A stretch of 63,856 bases of DNA, filler included, from an uncultured Methanosarcinales archaeon (lineage in GTDB: Archaea; Nanobdellota; Nanobdellia; Woesearchaeales; CAZKBD01), in assembly GCA_964550945.1 (NCBI GenBank). It is 4 parts of 4 records of this genome, joined end to end, with 100 filler letters (N's around TTAATTAATTAA, not from the genome) between each part and the next. Parts side by side here need not be neighbours in the genome. Positions count along the whole stretch, not along the records: positions 53,399 to 63,856 come from CAZKBD010000066.1; 3 more parts are not named here. One strand, given 5' to 3'. The translations under genes were made by a program, and so were the position numbers. Of this stretch, positions 61,597 through 63,856 are shown one piece after another (within the stretch, counting starts at the first letter, position 1; each line of letters begins with the position of its first letter). A model generated the notes under the pieces. It saw nothing but the letters and a program-made list of their open reading frames with translations. It was not told the origin of the DNA and did not search any database.

Positions 61597-62143
61597 CTGA
61601 ATCCGAGACAAAAACAGCTACTGCAATTACAGTAGTCCATAGCCCTTCTTTGTTGCCTTCAGCAGATTGGCATACATGGCTTGTTCTAAAGATATGGCCG
61701 CTTGTTTTATAGACCTCTTCTCTTTCTTCCCAGGCAAGATTAGGGTCAAAAGGGACTCCTAAAGTTGTAGCCAACATAGTAGCAGCTAAATCCTCAGCAT
61801 ATTCTCCAGACACTTTAGCTGTTTCTCCAAAAGCATGATGCTCAGATAAGTAACCATAATTAGTGCTATCCTTAGGCAAAGCTAGCCCTACAGCAGCAGA
61901 AGTTAACCGATTTGGCTCATTAGTCTCGCTTCTTGCCATCACACAAAAGGTTATCTGGCCAGCTTTTATATCCTTCAATCCTTCTTCTTTTTGTATCATC
62001 TTGCAGTTAGGGGGCAAAATGCTTGAGACATAGACAAGATTGCATTTTTCTATCCCTGCATGCCTTAAAGCAAGCTCAAAAGAACCAAGTTTGTCTTTAT
62101 GCATCCCCACCCCTTTTGTAAAAAATACTCTCGCAGGTATCAT
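61577..62143 (-). CDS. pdaD: Pyruvoyl-dependent arginine decarboxylase
   Basis: SFELALR.AGI..CNLV.VSSILP self-cleavage site; GYLSEHH motif. Confidence 0.93.
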   Translation of the reverse strand: MIPARVFFTKGVGMHKDKLGSFELALRHAGIEKCNLVYVSSILPPNCKMIQKEEGLKDIKAGQITFCVMARSETNEPNRLTSAAVGLALPKDSTNYGYLSEHHAFGETAKVSGEYAEDLAATMLATTLGVPFDPNLAWEEREEVYKTSGHIFRTSHVCQSAEGNKEGLWTTVIAVAVFVSDSDEIENL

Positions 62144-62295
62144 TGTTTATCCTCCATTGGATTTTTGAATGTAACATTCCAAAGAAAATCTTGAGCATAA
62201 CCTCTAAATTGAAAAACCGTTTTTTCACACTGTTCGATAACTGGAACAGAATTAATCTCATCAATTTCTTTCTGCGAGTAATCCGTTTTATTCAT
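62140..62295 (-). CDS. 51-aa small ORF coupled to pdaD
   Basis: [51 protein letters not shown]; its TGA overlaps the pdaD ATG. Confidence 0.4.
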   Translation of the reverse strand: MNKTDYSQKEIDEINSVPVIEQCEKTVFQFRGYAQDFLWNVTFKNPMEDKQ

Positions 62296-62506
62296 CCTGT
62301 AATTACCTTCGTCATTATTTTAAATTATTCCCTTATTTTTAAATCTTTCTCTCTTTGCAGCTAAAATAGAAAAACACAAAACCAAAATATTTAAATATGC
62401 GCCTTGTTTTCTAACTATAAAATGATGGTCAATTGTATATGTTGTTGCTGAATTCTTTCATCGTTATAGTTAGCCTTATATAAAATCAATTTTAGATTTG
62501 CCCCAG

Positions 62507-62579
62507 GGGAGGGTACCCAAGCGGCTAAGGGGAGCGCCTGCAGAGCGTTTATCCATGGGTTCGAGTCCCATCCCTCCCT
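62507..62579 (+). tRNA. tRNA-Cys(GCA), intronless, CCA not encoded
   Basis: GGGAGGG/CCCTCCC acceptor stem, AGCGC-CTGCAGA-GCGTT anticodon arm, ATGGG-TTCGAGT-CCCAT T arm, U73 discriminator; TATA box at about 62476-62483. Confidence 0.96.
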
Positions 62580-62625
62580 CTTAAAACAAAAGAATTAAAA
62601 GAAGATAAGATCATTACAATAGAAA

Positions 62626-63856
62626 ATGCCACTAAACTTGTATAATACGCTTACCAGAAAAAAAGATACATTCAAGCCAATCAAGGAAGGTCAGGTTAGA
62701 TTATACAGTTGCGGGCCCACAGTTTATGATTTTGCGCATATTGGCAACTTCAGGGCCTATATATGCTCAGATATCCTTAAGCGCTATCTTGAATATGAAG
62801 GCTTCAGGGTAAAGCACGTGATGAACATTACAGATGTAGACGATAAAACAATAAGGGACTCACAAAAAGAGGGGATACCATTAAAAAAATTCACAGAACG
62901 CTACACTACCTCTTTCTTCGATGATATTAAAATGCTGAACATTGAGCCTGCCGATATATTCCCCAAAGCAACCGAGCATATTGATGAGATGGTCACGTTA
63001 ATAAAAAATCTCATTAAAAAGAGCATCGCATATAAAAGCGCCGATGGAAGCTATTACTATGACATCTCAAAATTCAAGGATTATGGAAAGCTGGCGCATA
63101 CAAAAATAAAATCACTAAAATCAGGAGCGAGGATAAGCCAGGATGAGTACGAAAAAGAGCAAGCCCAGGATTTTGCCTTGTGGAAAGCATGGGATGAAAA
63201 AGACGGCGATGTTTTCTGGGAGACAGAGTTAGGCAAAGGCAGGCCTGGCTGGCATATTGAATGCTCAGCAATGTCAATTAAATACCTGGGAAACCATTTC
63301 GATATCCACACAGGAGGTGTTGACCTGATATTTCCGCATCACTCAAACGAGATTGCTCAAAGCCAAGAATCTTCCGGAGAAAAATTTGTGAACTATTGGT
63401 TCCATAATGAATACATCCTGGTTGACGGAAAGAAGATGAGCAAAAGCTTAGGTAATTTTTATACACTTAGAGATTTGCTGGCTAAAGGCTACAAGCCAAT
63501 GGCCATCCGCTATCTCTTATTAAGCACCCATTACAGGCAACAATTAAACTTCACTTTGGAAGGGATTAATGCCGCTTCAAATTCTCTCGAGCGCTTAAAC
63601 AACTTCATCTTTAATTTAAACAGCATAACATCAACTATTGACAATGACAAGGTTGGCTTGCTGATAGAGCAGGCAAAACTCAAATTTGAGAAAAAAATGG
63701 ATGATGACTTAAATATATCAGAGGCTCTTGCTGTAATATTTAACTTTATCAACGACGTAAACAAATTGAGAATAAGCAAAAATGATGCAAAAAGAGTTCT
63801 TGATTTACTAAAGCAATTTGATAAAGTTCTTGGTGTTTTGGAATTCAAAAAACAGG
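62626..63856 (+). CDS. cysS: Cysteine--tRNA ligase (runs off the window)
   Basis: YNTLTR, CGPTVY..AHIGN, DFALWK, GRPGWHIECS and KMSKS motifs. Confidence 0.97.
   Translation, partial: MPLNLYNTLTRKKDTFKPIKEGQVRLYSCGPTVYDFAHIGNFRAYICSDILKRYLEYEGFRVKHVMNITDVDDKTIRDSQKEGIPLKKFTERYTTSFFDDIKMLNIEPADIFPKATEHIDEMVTLIKNLIKKSIAYKSADGSYYYDISKFKDYGKLAHTKIKSLKSGARISQDEYEKEQAQDFALWKAWDEKDGDVFWETELGKGRPGWHIECSAMSIKYLGNHFDIHTGGVDLIFPHHSNEIAQSQESSGEKFVNYWFHNEYILVDGKKMSKSLGNFYTLRDLLAKGYKPMAIRYLLLSTHYRQQLNFTLEGINAASNSLERLNNFIFNLNSITSTIDNDKVGLLIEQAKLKFEKKMDDDLNISEALAVIFNFINDVNKLRISKNDAKRVLDLLKQFDKVLGVLEFKKQ

Noticed and set aside
62580..62625. T-box-like leader for cysS
   Set aside because: The spacer is only 46 nt and unstructured.
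63074..63848. Four minus-strand ORFs at the right end
   Set aside because: Antisense to cysS, which the track missed because it has no stop in the window.

Overview
Archaeal DNA, AT-rich. It consists of four contigs joined by N-padded TTAATTAATTAA linkers at 17843-17942, 35667-35766 and 53299-53398, so adjacency across those gaps is not biological. The archaeal information genes, many class III (pilin-type) signal-peptide genes and giant surface proteins suggest a DPANN archaeon such as Woesearchaeota; this taxonomy is my inference. Contig 1 carries a branched-chain amino acid (BCAA) cluster (leuA-ilvB-ilvN-leuC-K+ channel-antiporter-leuD, then an ATPase, leuB, a Lrp domain, YunC and ilvC) plus a ribulokinase and fucose/arabinose isomerase pair. 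Contig 2 carries a toxin-antitoxin pair, bud32, bacterial-type coaD/coaE, lhr, S19e-L39e-L31e, a split membrane-anchored Cas4-like nuclease interrupted by a 99-bp element, cbf5 and the Pop5-proteasome-exosome operon. Contig 3 carries seven pilin-like genes behind a >3100-aa Ig-repeat protein and a 1193-aa Ca-binding membrane protein. Contig 4 carries nop5/fibrillarin, thiamine genes, pdaD/speB, tRNA-Cys and cysS. The best candidate for an undescribed system is an unannotated 23-codon Leu/Ile/Val-rich leader peptide. It is followed by a hairpin that sequesters a U-tract and by a coupled Cys4 microprotein at the head of the leu/ilv operon, which suggests ribosome-mediated attenuation in an archaeon. 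Several families of highly structured intergenic repeats are also present.
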